Source of the DNA: Candidatus Dormiibacterota bacterium
Lineage (GTDB): Bacteria > Chloroflexota > Dormibacteria > Aeolococcales > Aeolococcaceae
Length of the DNA stretch: 64,000 bases
NCBI GenBank assembly: GCA_963718525.1
Contig: OY970355.1
Coordinates: 320,001-384,000 of the forward strand
Direction of reading: 5' to 3'
The notes below the pieces were generated by a model that saw nothing but the letters and a program-made list of their open reading frames with translations, made no database searches and had not been told where the DNA came from. Position 1 is the first letter of the stretch; each line of letters opens with the position of its first letter. Below are positions 41,519 through 51,385 of the stretch, in pieces. Both the position numbers and the translations under genes were made by a program.

Positions 41519-42686
41519 CCGGTCGCCGGGTCTCCGTCGAATCGCCGCGGCCGCCGGCCTGGCTCTGCTCGTCGCAGCCTGCGGATCGCCGACGAAATCA
41601 ACGGCAACACCGACGCCCGTGGCCACCCCGACCGTGGCGTTGGTCACCGGAACACCGTCACCGACAGCCAACGCCTGTGTGGCGCAATCCGGTGAGCCCG
41701 CGCCGAGCGGCTCCATCCCGGCCAACTTCGCCACCGCCCTGGCATTTGCACCGGACGGGAGGCTGTTCTGGGCCGAGCGCTCAGGCACCGTGCGGGTCTG
41801 GCAGAACGGTGCATCCAGGGTCTTCGCGAGAGTCAGGACGGTCACCACCGAGTCGAACGGCACGTACAGCGAGCGAGGCCTGCTTGGTCTGGCCATCAGC
41901 CCGACGTTCACAACCGATCGGTATGTGTACGCCTTCTATTCAGACGCGAACTACCGAACGCAGCACGTGATCCGCTGGTATGACTGCGACGGCACCGGGG
42001 CACATCCCGCCATCATCGCCACCTTCCCCGCGGGAAACGACTGCTGCCACAAGGGCGGGCGCATCGCATTCGGGCCTGACGGCAAGCTCTACGTCACCCT
42101 CGGGGATGAGCACGACGCCCCCAGCGCGCAGAACGTCAACGATGTTCGTGGCAAGGTGCTCCGGTACAACCCGGACGGCACCATCCCCGCTGACAACCCC
42201 TTCGGCCCGGTAAATCCCGTGTGGGCGTATGGCCTGCGCAATCCGTTCGGCATCGCCTTTTCGGCGACCGGGCAGCTGGCGATCACCATGAATGGACCTT
42301 CCGGCGATGCGGGCAGCCCCAGCACCGGATACGACACCTTCTATCTGAACGTGACACGCGGCGCTCATTACCAGTGGCCCGGCTGCTACGGCTACAGCCA
42401 TCCGCTGGCGTCATCAACGTGCGACGGGGGACTGGCGCCGGACTGGAGCAGCGAGGCGAGCACGTATGTCCCAACCGGTGCGACATTCGTTGACGCCAGC
42501 GGGCCGGCCGGCTATGCGGGGCACCTGGTGTTCTGCACGTACTACAAGGGCATGGCGATCGCAACGCCCGGCAGTCCGCACGCCACGGTTCGCGTCGGAC
42601 CGTCCGCCTGCCGCTTCGACATCGTCGAAGGTCCGAACCACGCGCTGTATTACTCGGACGCGTACCGCATCTACGAGCTGGCATAG
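41487..42686 (+). CDS. PQQ-dependent sugar dehydrogenase (GSDH family) lipoprotein
   Basis: Lipobox LLVAAC, ERGLLGLA, HKGGRIAFGPDGKLYV and WAYGLRNPFG. Confidence 0.9.
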   Translation: MTRSRSSRSADRSPGLRRIAAAAGLALLVAACGSPTKSTATPTPVATPTVALVTGTPSPTANACVAQSGEPAPSGSIPANFATALAFAPDGRLFWAERSGTVRVWQNGASRVFARVRTVTTESNGTYSERGLLGLAISPTFTTDRYVYAFYSDANYRTQHVIRWYDCDGTGAHPAIIATFPAGNDCCHKGGRIAFGPDGKLYVTLGDEHDAPSAQNVNDVRGKVLRYNPDGTIPADNPFGPVNPVWAYGLRNPFGIAFSATGQLAITMNGPSGDAGSPSTGYDTFYLNVTRGAHYQWPGCYGYSHPLASSTCDGGLAPDWSSEASTYVPTGATFVDASGPAGYAGHLVFCTYYKGMAIATPGSPHATVRVGPSACRFDIVEGPNHALYYSDAYRIYELA

Positions 42687-42820
42687 AGGAGATCGGTTCC
42701 GCGCGATTGCAGCGACCGACCAGTTGGACATCATCGATGAGCAACACTCGGGATGGAGTGTCACCAAGTCGAAAGGTTGAGGTCCCTACCCTCCTGTTGG
42801 ACGCACCCAGGAGGTCTGCG

Positions 42821-43060
42821 ATGGATCAGGACAACTTCATCGACGTTTTCCCGTCCGACGACCAGTCGCCGCGTCGCAGCTTCGGCGGTCTCGGTCGCGG
42901 GCCGGCCGCACTTCTGCTGGCAGCAGGCCTGCTGATCGGCGGAGGCATCAGCGGATTCCTCGCGGCGAACAGCGCCTCCTCACCAATCTCGACCTTGGCG
43001 TCCACCACGCCGGCAATCTCGCATTCGTGCCCGCACTCGGGCGGATCCACAGCGAACTGA
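42821..43060 (+). CDS. Small single-pass membrane protein (79 aa)
   Basis: AGGAGG RBS, TM AALLLAAGLLIGGGISGFLAA and a C-terminal HSCPH; a hairpin follows. Confidence 0.65.
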   Translation: MDQDNFIDVFPSDDQSPRRSFGGLGRGPAALLLAAGLLIGGGISGFLAANSASSPISTLASTTPAISHSCPHSGGSTAN

Positions 43061-43066
43061 CGCTGC

Positions 43067-43096
43067 GGTCGCCGTGGGTCGAACCCCCGGGTGACC
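43067..43096 (+). terminator. Hairpin after the small ORF
   Basis: ggtcgcc...ggtgacc stem (G-U allowed) 6 nt after the stop. Confidence 0.4.
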
Positions 43097-43175
43097 ACCT
43101 TCCATAGCCTCCCTCCCAAGACGGCTCGCCCCCAAGGCGAGCCGTCGCTATATGTGTCGCGTCTACGATCCGCGG

Positions 43176-44693
43176 GTGTCCCCACGCGTGCTGCCCGCGG
43201 TCGTCTTCACCGCCGGAGCCTCCTCGCTGGCGACGGAGATCTGCGCGACCCGGTTGCTGGCTCCCTACTTCGGCCAGTCGACGGTGGTATGGGCGAACGT
43301 CATCGGCCTCATCCTCATCTATCTGTCAGTCGGGTACTGGCTCGGCGGGCGCATCGCCGACCGATATCCGACGCGGCGCGTTCTCGGCCTGATCCTCGTC
43401 GTCGCCGCGCTCTGCACGGCGGTGCTTCCCTTTGTCGCACGCCCGTTTCTCAACCTGGCATTGCAGGGCTTCGCCGCGGTGAGCGTCGGCACGGTGGTCG
43501 GATCCTTTCTCTCCACGCTGCTGCTCTTCTCGGTTCCGGTCACGCTGCTCGGCATGGCATCGCCGTTTGCGCTGCGCCTGGCATTGACCGACATCGACCG
43601 AGCAGGCCGCACCAGCGGACGCCTCTCGTCGCTCGCCACTGTTGGTGCCATCATTGGCACATTCGGGTCGGCCCTCGTGCTCATCCCAGGCGTCGGGACT
43701 CAGCGAACGCTCCTGAGCGCGGCGCTGCTCGTCGCGCTCGTGTCCATCCCATTGCTGGCGCGTCCGGCGCTCGCCGCGAGCGTGGTGATCGCCATGCTGC
43801 TGATCCTTCCACCGGGCCTGGTGAAGGAAACGCAGGGGACGCTCGCGGAGCGCGAGACGACGTATCAGTTCATCCAGGTCGTGCGCGAGGCGGATGGAAG
43901 GATCGTGATGCGGTTTGACGACGGCATCGCCGATCAGTCCGTGTATCGCACCAGCACCGCGCTGACCGGCGGCGAATGGGACATGCCACTCGTGGTACCG
44001 CCACTGCTTGGACGGTCGCTGCACCGGGTGCTCGTCATCGGCGATGCGGGCGGCACCACGGCGCGCGCTCTGGGCGCTGAGTATCCCGGCATCCACATCG
44101 ACGGCGTGGAGCTGGATCCGGTCGTGACGCAGCTGGCTCGCCAGTACATGGGCCTCGGCGCGATCCCCAACCTGCATGTCATCACCGCCGATGGACGCGA
44201 GTACCTCGAGACGACCTCACAGCGATACGACCTCATCGTGGTCGACGCCTACCGGACCGAGTACATCCCTTTCTACCTCGCCACCAAGGAATTCTTCTCG
44301 TTGGTCCGAGAGCACCTCAACGCAGGTGGAGGTGTCGCTCTCAACGTCGAACGCGTCCCCGGCAACAACGGGTTGGTCCAGGCGATCGCCGGGACGGTGG
44401 CCGCCGAGTTTCCTCAGGTGTGGGTGTGGCCCGCGCTGCATTTCAATGAGCTGGTCGTCGGCCTGTCCGATCGGATTCCGACCGCGTCACTCGGTCAGCG
44501 GCTGACCGCGCTGCCGGCGAACGTTCAGGTGCTCGCTCCGCTCGTGGTCGCGCAGGCGCACGTCGCGCCGCCGACCAGTGATCCGCTCACCGATGATCAA
44601 GCGCCCGTTGAATGGCTCACAGATCGAGCCATCCTTGCCTACATCGCGGCCGGCGGCGTTCTCGACGAGCAGCTCCTCCCGACCGCGCCGTGA
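43176..44693 (+). CDS. Fused membrane domain/spermidine synthase-like methyltransferase
   Basis: About 7 TM (EI...RLLAPYFG), then VLVIGDAGG, VELDP, ADGREYL and YDLIVVDAY. Confidence 0.9.
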   Translation: MSPRVLPAVVFTAGASSLATEICATRLLAPYFGQSTVVWANVIGLILIYLSVGYWLGGRIADRYPTRRVLGLILVVAALCTAVLPFVARPFLNLALQGFAAVSVGTVVGSFLSTLLLFSVPVTLLGMASPFALRLALTDIDRAGRTSGRLSSLATVGAIIGTFGSALVLIPGVGTQRTLLSAALLVALVSIPLLARPALAASVVIAMLLILPPGLVKETQGTLAERETTYQFIQVVREADGRIVMRFDDGIADQSVYRTSTALTGGEWDMPLVVPPLLGRSLHRVLVIGDAGGTTARALGAEYPGIHIDGVELDPVVTQLARQYMGLGAIPNLHVITADGREYLETTSQRYDLIVVDAYRTEYIPFYLATKEFFSLVREHLNAGGGVALNVERVPGNNGLVQAIAGTVAAEFPQVWVWPALHFNELVVGLSDRIPTASLGQRLTALPANVQVLAPLVVAQAHVAPPTSDPLTDDQAPVEWLTDRAILAYIAAGGVLDEQLLPTAP

Positions 44694-44858
44694 GCCTGGG
44701 CCGTCATATCTGACGTCCGATTGTTGCGATGCAGACTCTCCCACGAGCAATGCTTGCATCTCTATGACGTGTTTGGTAGTCTTACGACGTTCGGTTCTTT
44801 TGCACCGATCCGCGGGGAGACGGCCTTGAGGGATAGGGGGTCGCAAGCGCTCCTGGGT

Positions 44859-45632
44859 TCACGCTGAGCCCGGGAGCGCTTTGCGAAATCGAGCAACGCG
44901 CCCGATGTCGTCCATGCCCAGGCGCGCATACAGCTGCTGCGGCCAGTCGTCAGGATCCATGGTGAGAAACACCAGGCGGCGATCCGCCGTGAGCTCCAGC
45001 GCTCGCGTCACGACCGTGCGTGCGTGGCCGCGCCGGCGATGCTCCGGGACGGTCGCAACACTTTCGATCTGCGCGATGTCATCGATCATGTAGACCTCGC
45101 AGTACGAGACGACGGCGCCACCATCGATGGCGGCGAGATGCGTCGTTGGAACGCCTCGGGCGACCCGTTCCTGCTTCTCGCGCACCTGGGCAACAGCATC
45201 TGGAGTCGCCCAGGGTTCGTCGGCGAGAGATGCTGAGCGCGCTGGGCGCATCGAGATTGCGTCCACCACTCGCACCCTCGAGGCGTCGACGCGACGGTCC
45301 GGCTCACGACGTCGAATCATGAGGCCGAGCGGCTCCTCGAGCCATCCCGCCGCGCGGAATCCCGCCGTCAACGAATCGGTCTGGGCACACGAGACGTATT
45401 CCACTATGCGATTCGGCAGGCCGGATTGGATCTCGTCCGCGGCGGCGCTGACCTGCTCCACCGACATGCCGAATCCGTGCTCGAGGACGACCACGTGGTT
45501 CACGTCATAGACCTGGGGAAGTGAGCGGGCGCGGAACCACTCACCGCCAGGCCAGGTACCGTGATCGTCGCTGCCGAGCGCCTCGATCTGCCGCGCGTAG
45601 TCAACCGCTTCTGCAAACTCTGATTCGATCAC
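44859..45632 (-). CDS. GNAT N-acetyltransferase
   Basis: VATVPEHRRRGHA and LYARLG. Confidence 0.88.
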   Translation of the reverse strand: MIESEFAEAVDYARQIEALGSDDHGTWPGGEWFRARSLPQVYDVNHVVVLEHGFGMSVEQVSAAADEIQSGLPNRIVEYVSCAQTDSLTAGFRAAGWLEEPLGLMIRRREPDRRVDASRVRVVDAISMRPARSASLADEPWATPDAVAQVREKQERVARGVPTTHLAAIDGGAVVSYCEVYMIDDIAQIESVATVPEHRRRGHARTVVTRALELTADRRLVFLTMDPDDWPQQLYARLGMDDIGRVARFRKALPGSA

Positions 45633-45675
45633 GTGCGCAGGCTATGGTAGATCTCCATGATGTAACCTCCGCACG

Positions 45676-47166
45676 GTGGAGGTTCCTGGAGAGCGTCCTA
45701 CCGTGCCTCGGTCCGACCGTCGCGCTTCCGTTGGTCTAGCGGCAGAATCGGCGGTCGCGTTGGTGCTGCTGCTGACCGTGTGTTTGTACGCGTATCTCGG
45801 TCGATTCACCAGTTATGTAGCGGACGACTACACCCTCAAGAATGACCTGACTGCGCAGGGTTACTGGGGCTCGCAAGTCTATGAGTATTTGCACTGGACT
45901 GGTCGATTCGCATACATCGCCACGATTGACGCCGCGCTTTCGCTGAATGAGTTCTTCGCTCGGCTGCTCCCCGGACTCCTCATAGTCATATGGGTGGTCG
46001 CCATCGCGGTGGCCCTGAAAGCCGTCGTTCCAACCATCGGCTGGCTCGCAAGCCTTGGGCTCGCGTCGGGAGCGGTGTTCACGACCGTACACATCACGCC
46101 GAGTCCATTTCTTTCCGTGTACTGGATGGCGGGATCGCTCGAATACACAGCGCCCTTGCTCCTCGGCACCGTGTTCGTTGCTCTCGCGGCGCCTCAGCGT
46201 CGGGCGGGCCGCGTGCGCATCGTCGTCGCCGCCCTGGTGGCATTTGTCGGCGGAGGGTTCAACGAGGCCTATGCGCTCGTTCAACTGATTCTGCTTGTGG
46301 TCATGCTGATTGCAACGGCATACCCAGCGTGGCCCGGCGTGCGTCGATCGCGCAGCGTGATCGTATCGGGTTTGGTGGGCGCCGTATTGTCACTCGTCCT
46401 CCTTGCGGCAGCTCCTGGTAACGGCGCCCGGTTCAACGTCATCACGGGGATCATCGGAACACGCCCAACATTCCTCGAATTGCCTGGTGTCACGTTGGGC
46501 TTCGCCTTCCAATTCCTCAAGGATGACCTCCTGGCACATTGGGGCGCCCTTCTGGCGATGGCTGGACTGGCTGCACTCGTCGCTTCGCGAACACCCTCCC
46601 CATCTCGCGCGAGCCCGAGCCGAGGGCTTCTGCTGCTCGTCCTTGTCGTCGTCGCCGCAATGGCGGCGCTCGTCGCATCTTTTGCCCCAACCGCGTATGT
46701 CGAAGCTCGCATTGCACCCGTCTACGGTCAAATCGTTCCGACGTATGTCGGAGTCGGCGCCATCGCAATCGTCGGTTGGGCGCTCGGTAAATACGTGCAG
46801 TCGTTGTTTGGGCGATATGGCGAAGACGGGACGCTGAGTCCCACATCGCTATCGAGGACAGCTGCCATCGCGTCCGTGGTACTTGCCTGTCTGATCGCAA
46901 TCGTCCCCATCCATAACGCGATCACGGTCTGGCAGGACCGGGGTGCGCTCCACTTCTATGCAGCCACGAAGGAAGCTCAAGCTGCCCTGGCGCGATCAGC
47001 CGCCGCTGCTGGGAGGCGATCCGTCATCGTGCCGGCGGTAAGCGCAGTCAACCTCGGCGTCTTCAGTCATCCCAGCACCGAGGAAATGCTCCCAGACCCC
47101 AAATGGTGGATCAACGTCGGCGAGGCCACGTACTACGGTGTGGGCTCAATCAGCGCTCAAGGCTGA
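45676..47166 (+). CDS. DUF6056-like polytopic membrane protein (GT-C-like)
   Basis: ADDY, W-GRF, YW..GS..Y, FNE and AAPGN..R motifs with many TM segments. Confidence 0.7.
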   Translation: MEVPGERPTVPRSDRRASVGLAAESAVALVLLLTVCLYAYLGRFTSYVADDYTLKNDLTAQGYWGSQVYEYLHWTGRFAYIATIDAALSLNEFFARLLPGLLIVIWVVAIAVALKAVVPTIGWLASLGLASGAVFTTVHITPSPFLSVYWMAGSLEYTAPLLLGTVFVALAAPQRRAGRVRIVVAALVAFVGGGFNEAYALVQLILLVVMLIATAYPAWPGVRRSRSVIVSGLVGAVLSLVLLAAAPGNGARFNVITGIIGTRPTFLELPGVTLGFAFQFLKDDLLAHWGALLAMAGLAALVASRTPSPSRASPSRGLLLLVLVVVAAMAALVASFAPTAYVEARIAPVYGQIVPTYVGVGAIAIVGWALGKYVQSLFGRYGEDGTLSPTSLSRTAAIASVVLACLIAIVPIHNAITVWQDRGALHFYAATKEAQAALARSAAAAGRRSVIVPAVSAVNLGVFSHPSTEEMLPDPKWWINVGEATYYGVGSISAQG

Positions 47167-47558
47167 TGCGGCCGCTCCCAAGAGCGTCGATCCGCGACCG
47201 AGCCAAGCCGCTTCGGCGTTTCCTGCTGATCAGGCACGCAGCCTAGTGTCGCCTTCCTGAACTAGCTTGCAGATTGCTCGAGGTGGCAGGACATGCCCAA
47301 CCGACAGATCGCGGCGAAGACCGCGAGCGCGTAGCGCATCGTCCAGCTATGGCGGTCGCGCCATGCGAGTAGCAGGCCGAAATCGCAGCTTATGACGAGT
47401 AAGGTGCGCTCGACGAGAACGCGGCGATCACCTCCGGTGCACCATCGGCTCGTCGCCTCGGTCGAGACGTTCGGACACCCCGGCGTACTAAGGTGCCGGA
47501 TAAGGCACACCGTCTTGGGTCGCCGAACGACAGATCGAGGCTAAGGGGAGAACATCGC

Positions 47559-47765
47559 ATGCGAGGAAACAGCGCACTCGCGATCCTGCTGGGGATCGTC
47601 GGCATCGCCTGCGTCGTGCTTGCCGTTATCTACTTGACGCTGAAGACCAACCTGTTCGCATCGGGCCACCCGATCCGGCACACCGAGCGAGCGATCGTCC
47701 TCATCATTGTTGCGGTCGTGTGCCTCGCTGCGGCCTACTTCGCCAGGCCACGACGCATCGCCTGA
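47559..47765 (+). CDS. Small 2-TM membrane protein
   Basis: GGGGAG RBS; two hydrophobic helices around GHPIRH. Confidence 0.7.
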   Translation: MRGNSALAILLGIVGIACVVLAVIYLTLKTNLFASGHPIRHTERAIVLIIVAVVCLAAAYFARPRRIA

Positions 47766-47787
47766 TACGCAGCACCCAAGGGGCCGC

Positions 47788-47985
47788 TCACGACCTCGGC
47801 GAGCGACCCCGGTGGTGTCGCTCGAAAGCCGCCAGGTCGCGAGACGCGACGAGCCAGTCCCGGCCCGCCTTCGCCGCGGGCAGATCGCCACGCTGGCAGA
47901 GGCGGCGCAGCCAGGATTGCTCGAGCCCGGTTCGCCGCGAGACCTCGACCAGGGTGAGGTAGCGATCGGTCCTCGAGCCACGCAT
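47788..47985 (-). CDS. Stand-alone excisionase-type HTH (HTH_17) DNA-binding protein
   Basis: YLTLVEVS..TG.....LRRLCQRGDLPA.K.GRDWLV. TATTCT lies 7 nt upstream of the ATG. Confidence 0.75.
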   Translation of the reverse strand: MRGSRTDRYLTLVEVSRRTGLEQSWLRRLCQRGDLPAAKAGRDWLVASRDLAAFERHHRGRSPRS

Positions 47986-48148
47986 GCCAACGAGAATAGC
48001 CGAGAGGGATCCTCGAGGCCGTAAAGCGCGCGTCGCCACTGGGTAACGAGGAAGCACACACGCATGCGTGCACACGCTACCGTGTTGATCTGCTACTCTC
48101 CGCCCTCGCAGCAGCCAGGCTGTCGTGTCCGGCACCCCCATATCCCTT

Positions 48149-48195
48149 GAGCCGCCCGACGCCGAAGTTCCCTACCACGGCGAATCGGGCGGCTC
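48149..48195 (+). terminator. Strong hairpin, possible terminator of a small RNA
   Basis: gagccgcccga/tcgggcggctc 11-bp stem with an inner cgccg/cggcg stem. Confidence 0.55.
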
Positions 48196-48338
48196 GTTCG
48201 TGTCCGCGGTCGGGACGCCCCAATGGGTTGTGCCCGTCCCTCACAACCCACCTGTGGCTTTGCTACTCTCCCGGCACGCTGAGGGACTGACACTGCCCCC
48301 AGGTCGCGGGGCCCAGTCCGAGAGGCCAGGGGTTACGG

Positions 48339-49778
48339 ATGTTTTGGAAGACTGCCCGCATTGCGGTTGTGCTCGGCGCTTGTGCCGTCCTGACGTCGGC
48401 GGTCGGCCTCGAGGCGGGTGGAGGCGGACTTCCCTCGGCCCCCGGTCTCGCACCCGGCCTTGGGATCGTTCAGCCTTCCGGGACGGTTCCGAGCAGTACA
48501 GCGCCGAGTGCTTACCCAAGGGGCACGAGCCGCCCCGGGTTCACCAATGGCCCAACTCCCAGCCCCATGGCTGCCGTGGTGACCACCACGCCTGCCACAG
48601 GCGGGACCCCACCGCCAGCGCCGGCAGGTGCCGCACCGCTGCCACAGCCGATTACCACCGTCACCAACTATGGCGCGGTGGGCAACGGCCACACCGACAG
48701 CACCAATGCGATCGCGAAGGCGATCGCGTTCGCCTCAGCGCGGGGCGGCACACTGTTCTTCCCTGCCGGGCACTACGTAGTCCATGGCACTGGCATCGGC
48801 TCGGCGATCGAGGTCCACAGCGGCCGCGCCCTCACCATCGCCGGCGCCGGGCGTGACCTCGTCACCATCACCAATATGAACGCGTCAGGGGGCCTGCTCA
48901 GCATCCAGGTCGACCACACAGTCGTCGAGAATCTGACGCTCGACGCGCAGACTGCCAACACACGACAGGCGCTCGGGGTCGTCGCCAACGACGTCATTGT
49001 TGAGAGCTGCCGAATTCTCGGGGGCAGTCAATTCTTCGCGATCTACTACGCCGGTCCGGGGGGCAGCTCGTCCGCACCGACGTACAACACGGGCAACCAG
49101 CTGATCAACGACGTCGTGAGTGACCTCGTCGACAACGACGGCATCTCCTGGTCGTTCCAGGAGAACAGCCTGATCGAGAACCTGCAGCACACCGGTTCGC
49201 GGCTTGCCCTCTACGTCGACAGGTACGTGACTGTCCAGAACGACACCTACCGGCCCGGCGCACAAGCGGGTGGTACTGCCGGCTTCTGGATCTCCGCCCC
49301 TTCCGACCACATCACGATCAACAACTTCACGAGCTACGGAATGGGCGGGATCATCTCAAACAATGGGAACTACATCAGCAGCAACATCACGATCTCGAAT
49401 GAGCGCTTGATGGTGCCGGGCAATACGCTGCGCGTCGATGCGGTGAATGGGCTGACCATCCGAGGATGCAATTTCGGTAGCGGCAGCACTCTTCTGTTCT
49501 CAGGCTCGCTGAGCACGACGTCGGTGGTGGTCGAGGATTGCCCCGCTCTCCCGATGATTCGTTTTCAGGGTAATGCCATCGTGAGAGCGGCGTTCCTCGC
49601 TGACACATATCCCGCGGTGGCATCGCCGGGTGCGGGCCACCTGCAGACCTTCTACAACTTCAACACGGCGCACCCGTCGTTTGACGTCAACGGTGGCGTG
49701 TGGGCGAATCAGGGCGGAGGGTTCTTCGACGGGACGGCTGCCGCGTACACGGTGACCAACCTCACCGGCTACCCCTGA
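48339..49778 (+). CDS. Secreted right-handed beta-helix (pectate-lyase-like) protein
   Basis: Signal peptide, Pro/Thr linker, VTNYGAVGNGHTDSTNAIAKAI...GGTLFFPAGHY and Asn-rich coils. Confidence 0.8.
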   Translation: MFWKTARIAVVLGACAVLTSAVGLEAGGGGLPSAPGLAPGLGIVQPSGTVPSSTAPSAYPRGTSRPGFTNGPTPSPMAAVVTTTPATGGTPPPAPAGAAPLPQPITTVTNYGAVGNGHTDSTNAIAKAIAFASARGGTLFFPAGHYVVHGTGIGSAIEVHSGRALTIAGAGRDLVTITNMNASGGLLSIQVDHTVVENLTLDAQTANTRQALGVVANDVIVESCRILGGSQFFAIYYAGPGGSSSAPTYNTGNQLINDVVSDLVDNDGISWSFQENSLIENLQHTGSRLALYVDRYVTVQNDTYRPGAQAGGTAGFWISAPSDHITINNFTSYGMGGIISNNGNYISSNITISNERLMVPGNTLRVDAVNGLTIRGCNFGSGSTLLFSGSLSTTSVVVEDCPALPMIRFQGNAIVRAAFLADTYPAVASPGAGHLQTFYNFNTAHPSFDVNGGVWANQGGGFFDGTAAAYTVTNLTGYP

Positions 49779-49817
49779 GGCTGCAGCCTCAGGGGTAGCG
49801 AGCGAGCGCTCTGAGAC

Positions 49818-51260
49818 CTACTGGAACCAGCCCTCGACATCCACGACGGCGTTGATGTTGCCTAGAGCGTTGAAGATTTTGAAGTCACCAGGCGGTGCGC
49901 CCGTCGAGAGCACGACCGCCGTCAGGTTGGGGAGCACCTCACCAGCGTTGACGTTGACGTCAGAAACATTCGGCGGCGAGCTGAGATCGGCTGGATACAC
50001 ACTCAGGAACGTGAACGACGAGCCGACGACCGCGGTGAGATTCGCGACGATCGCCTTCGCGCCGGCCGCGATTCCATCCACGCCGGCCGCGGCCACGGTG
50101 ATTGTTCCGTGCCCGCCCAGCAGGTGCCCGGAGCATTGCGTGGTATTTCCGGAGCGCGTGTCGCAAATCCGCGTCGGCGAGGTGGCGACGTACTGGAGCC
50201 CGAGCGGTGTGGGGGGCGGGCCCTGGCCACCGAACCACCCGTTAGCATCGATGGCGAAATTGGCCTTGCCCGCGGCGTTGTAGACGCAGATGTACAGCGG
50301 CAGCGTGCTGGGGCCGAGAGCGACGAAGACTCGGTTAGCCTGGGCGGTTCCAGCGTTGACGTTGATGTTTGAGAACGACGGGGGGGGCTTCGTCCCTCCG
50401 TACTGACCGCATCCGCCAGTCGCCGTGTCCGCGAAGACGCTGAGGTAGGTGTTCGAGGTGCCGGCGATCGCTGTGAGATTGATGATCGCGTTCTCTTCCG
50501 TCCCATCATTCGGGATGAAGTCGTTGGGGGCGCAGGTGGAGGGCGTGCACCATGCGGGCTGCCCTGCGATCAACACCTTCACCGTGGAGTTCGGGCCGAG
50601 CGCGTGCGGCTTTCCGTCATTGAGGTTGTTGCACGCATTGGGTTCCTGGCCGGCACGCGTGTCGCAGACCCGAATCGGCGCGATCGGATGATATTCGCCA
50701 GCAGGAAGGCTCGCCGATGCGGGGGTGAAGTAGCCCTCGACGTCAGCGAGGACGTTGACCGTCCCCAATTCGTTGTAGATGGTGACAGCCCCTCCGGAGC
50801 TCAACTGGACCGTGACCGCATTGGCCACGACGGTGTTCGCCTGGAAGTTGAGATTGGAAGCAGTCGGCGGCTTGGAGAGGCCGGCAGGATAGACCGTCAA
50901 AAGGCTGAAAGAGGAGCCGAGGACCGCGGTCACGTTGAGAGCGACGGCCGTTGCTCCGAGCGGAACACTGTTCCCGGTCCCGGGGTCAACGTACCCTGTG
51001 ACCTGAAGGTTGAGCGATCCCTTCGGTCCGAGAGCGGAACAGTGGTTGGCACCACAGAAGTCCTTTCTCGTGTCCAGGATCCTGAACGTCGGTGAAATCG
51101 GCCGGTAGCTGCTCGCCGCCGACACCGTTGCGGTTTTGGGCGGAGCCCCAGTAGTCGCCTTCGCCGCAGCTGCGGCCGGGACCTGCTGTGCACCGAGAAC
51201 TGCCATCGTCGCCAGGATGCTGACCGCGGCGGTGATGCCGCTTCCCCTCTTGAAACTCAT
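49818..51260 (-). CDS. Secreted protein with three internal repeats
   Basis: Signal peptide and three domains starting PISPTFRILDTR, PIAPIRVCDTR and TSPTRICDTR, each with N(V/L)TA...L(S/T)V(Y/F) and D..G(W/Y)F. Confidence 0.75.
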   Translation of the reverse strand: MSFKRGSGITAAVSILATMAVLGAQQVPAAAAAKATTGAPPKTATVSAASSYRPISPTFRILDTRKDFCGANHCSALGPKGSLNLQVTGYVDPGTGNSVPLGATAVALNVTAVLGSSFSLLTVYPAGLSKPPTASNLNFQANTVVANAVTVQLSSGGAVTIYNELGTVNVLADVEGYFTPASASLPAGEYHPIAPIRVCDTRAGQEPNACNNLNDGKPHALGPNSTVKVLIAGQPAWCTPSTCAPNDFIPNDGTEENAIINLTAIAGTSNTYLSVFADTATGGCGQYGGTKPPPSFSNINVNAGTAQANRVFVALGPSTLPLYICVYNAAGKANFAIDANGWFGGQGPPPTPLGLQYVATSPTRICDTRSGNTTQCSGHLLGGHGTITVAAAGVDGIAAGAKAIVANLTAVVGSSFTFLSVYPADLSSPPNVSDVNVNAGEVLPNLTAVVLSTGAPPGDFKIFNALGNINAVVDVEGWFQ

Positions 51261-51385
51261 AGCGACGGATACTACACGGCCGGGACACAGCGCGTCAATT
51301 GCAGCAAACACCTAGAACCGGCCGACACGCCGGGAGGGAGCCCCTCGGACGACGTCACCTGTGCCTCTTGAGCATAATTGGAGTA

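Noticed and set aside
43061-43100. tRNA 3'-end/att-like sequence (ggtcgaacccc...ccacc)
   Set aside because: It lacks GTTCRA and a cloverleaf. A simple hairpin after a small ORF explains it better.
44694-44858. Lower-GC spacer between convergent genes as a possible ncRNA
   Set aside because: Only weak hairpins, with no promoter/terminator pair or known motif.
47170-47510. 82-aa minus-strand ORF or gene remnant
   Set aside because: No RBS or motif support; it cannot be distinguished from intergenic sequence.
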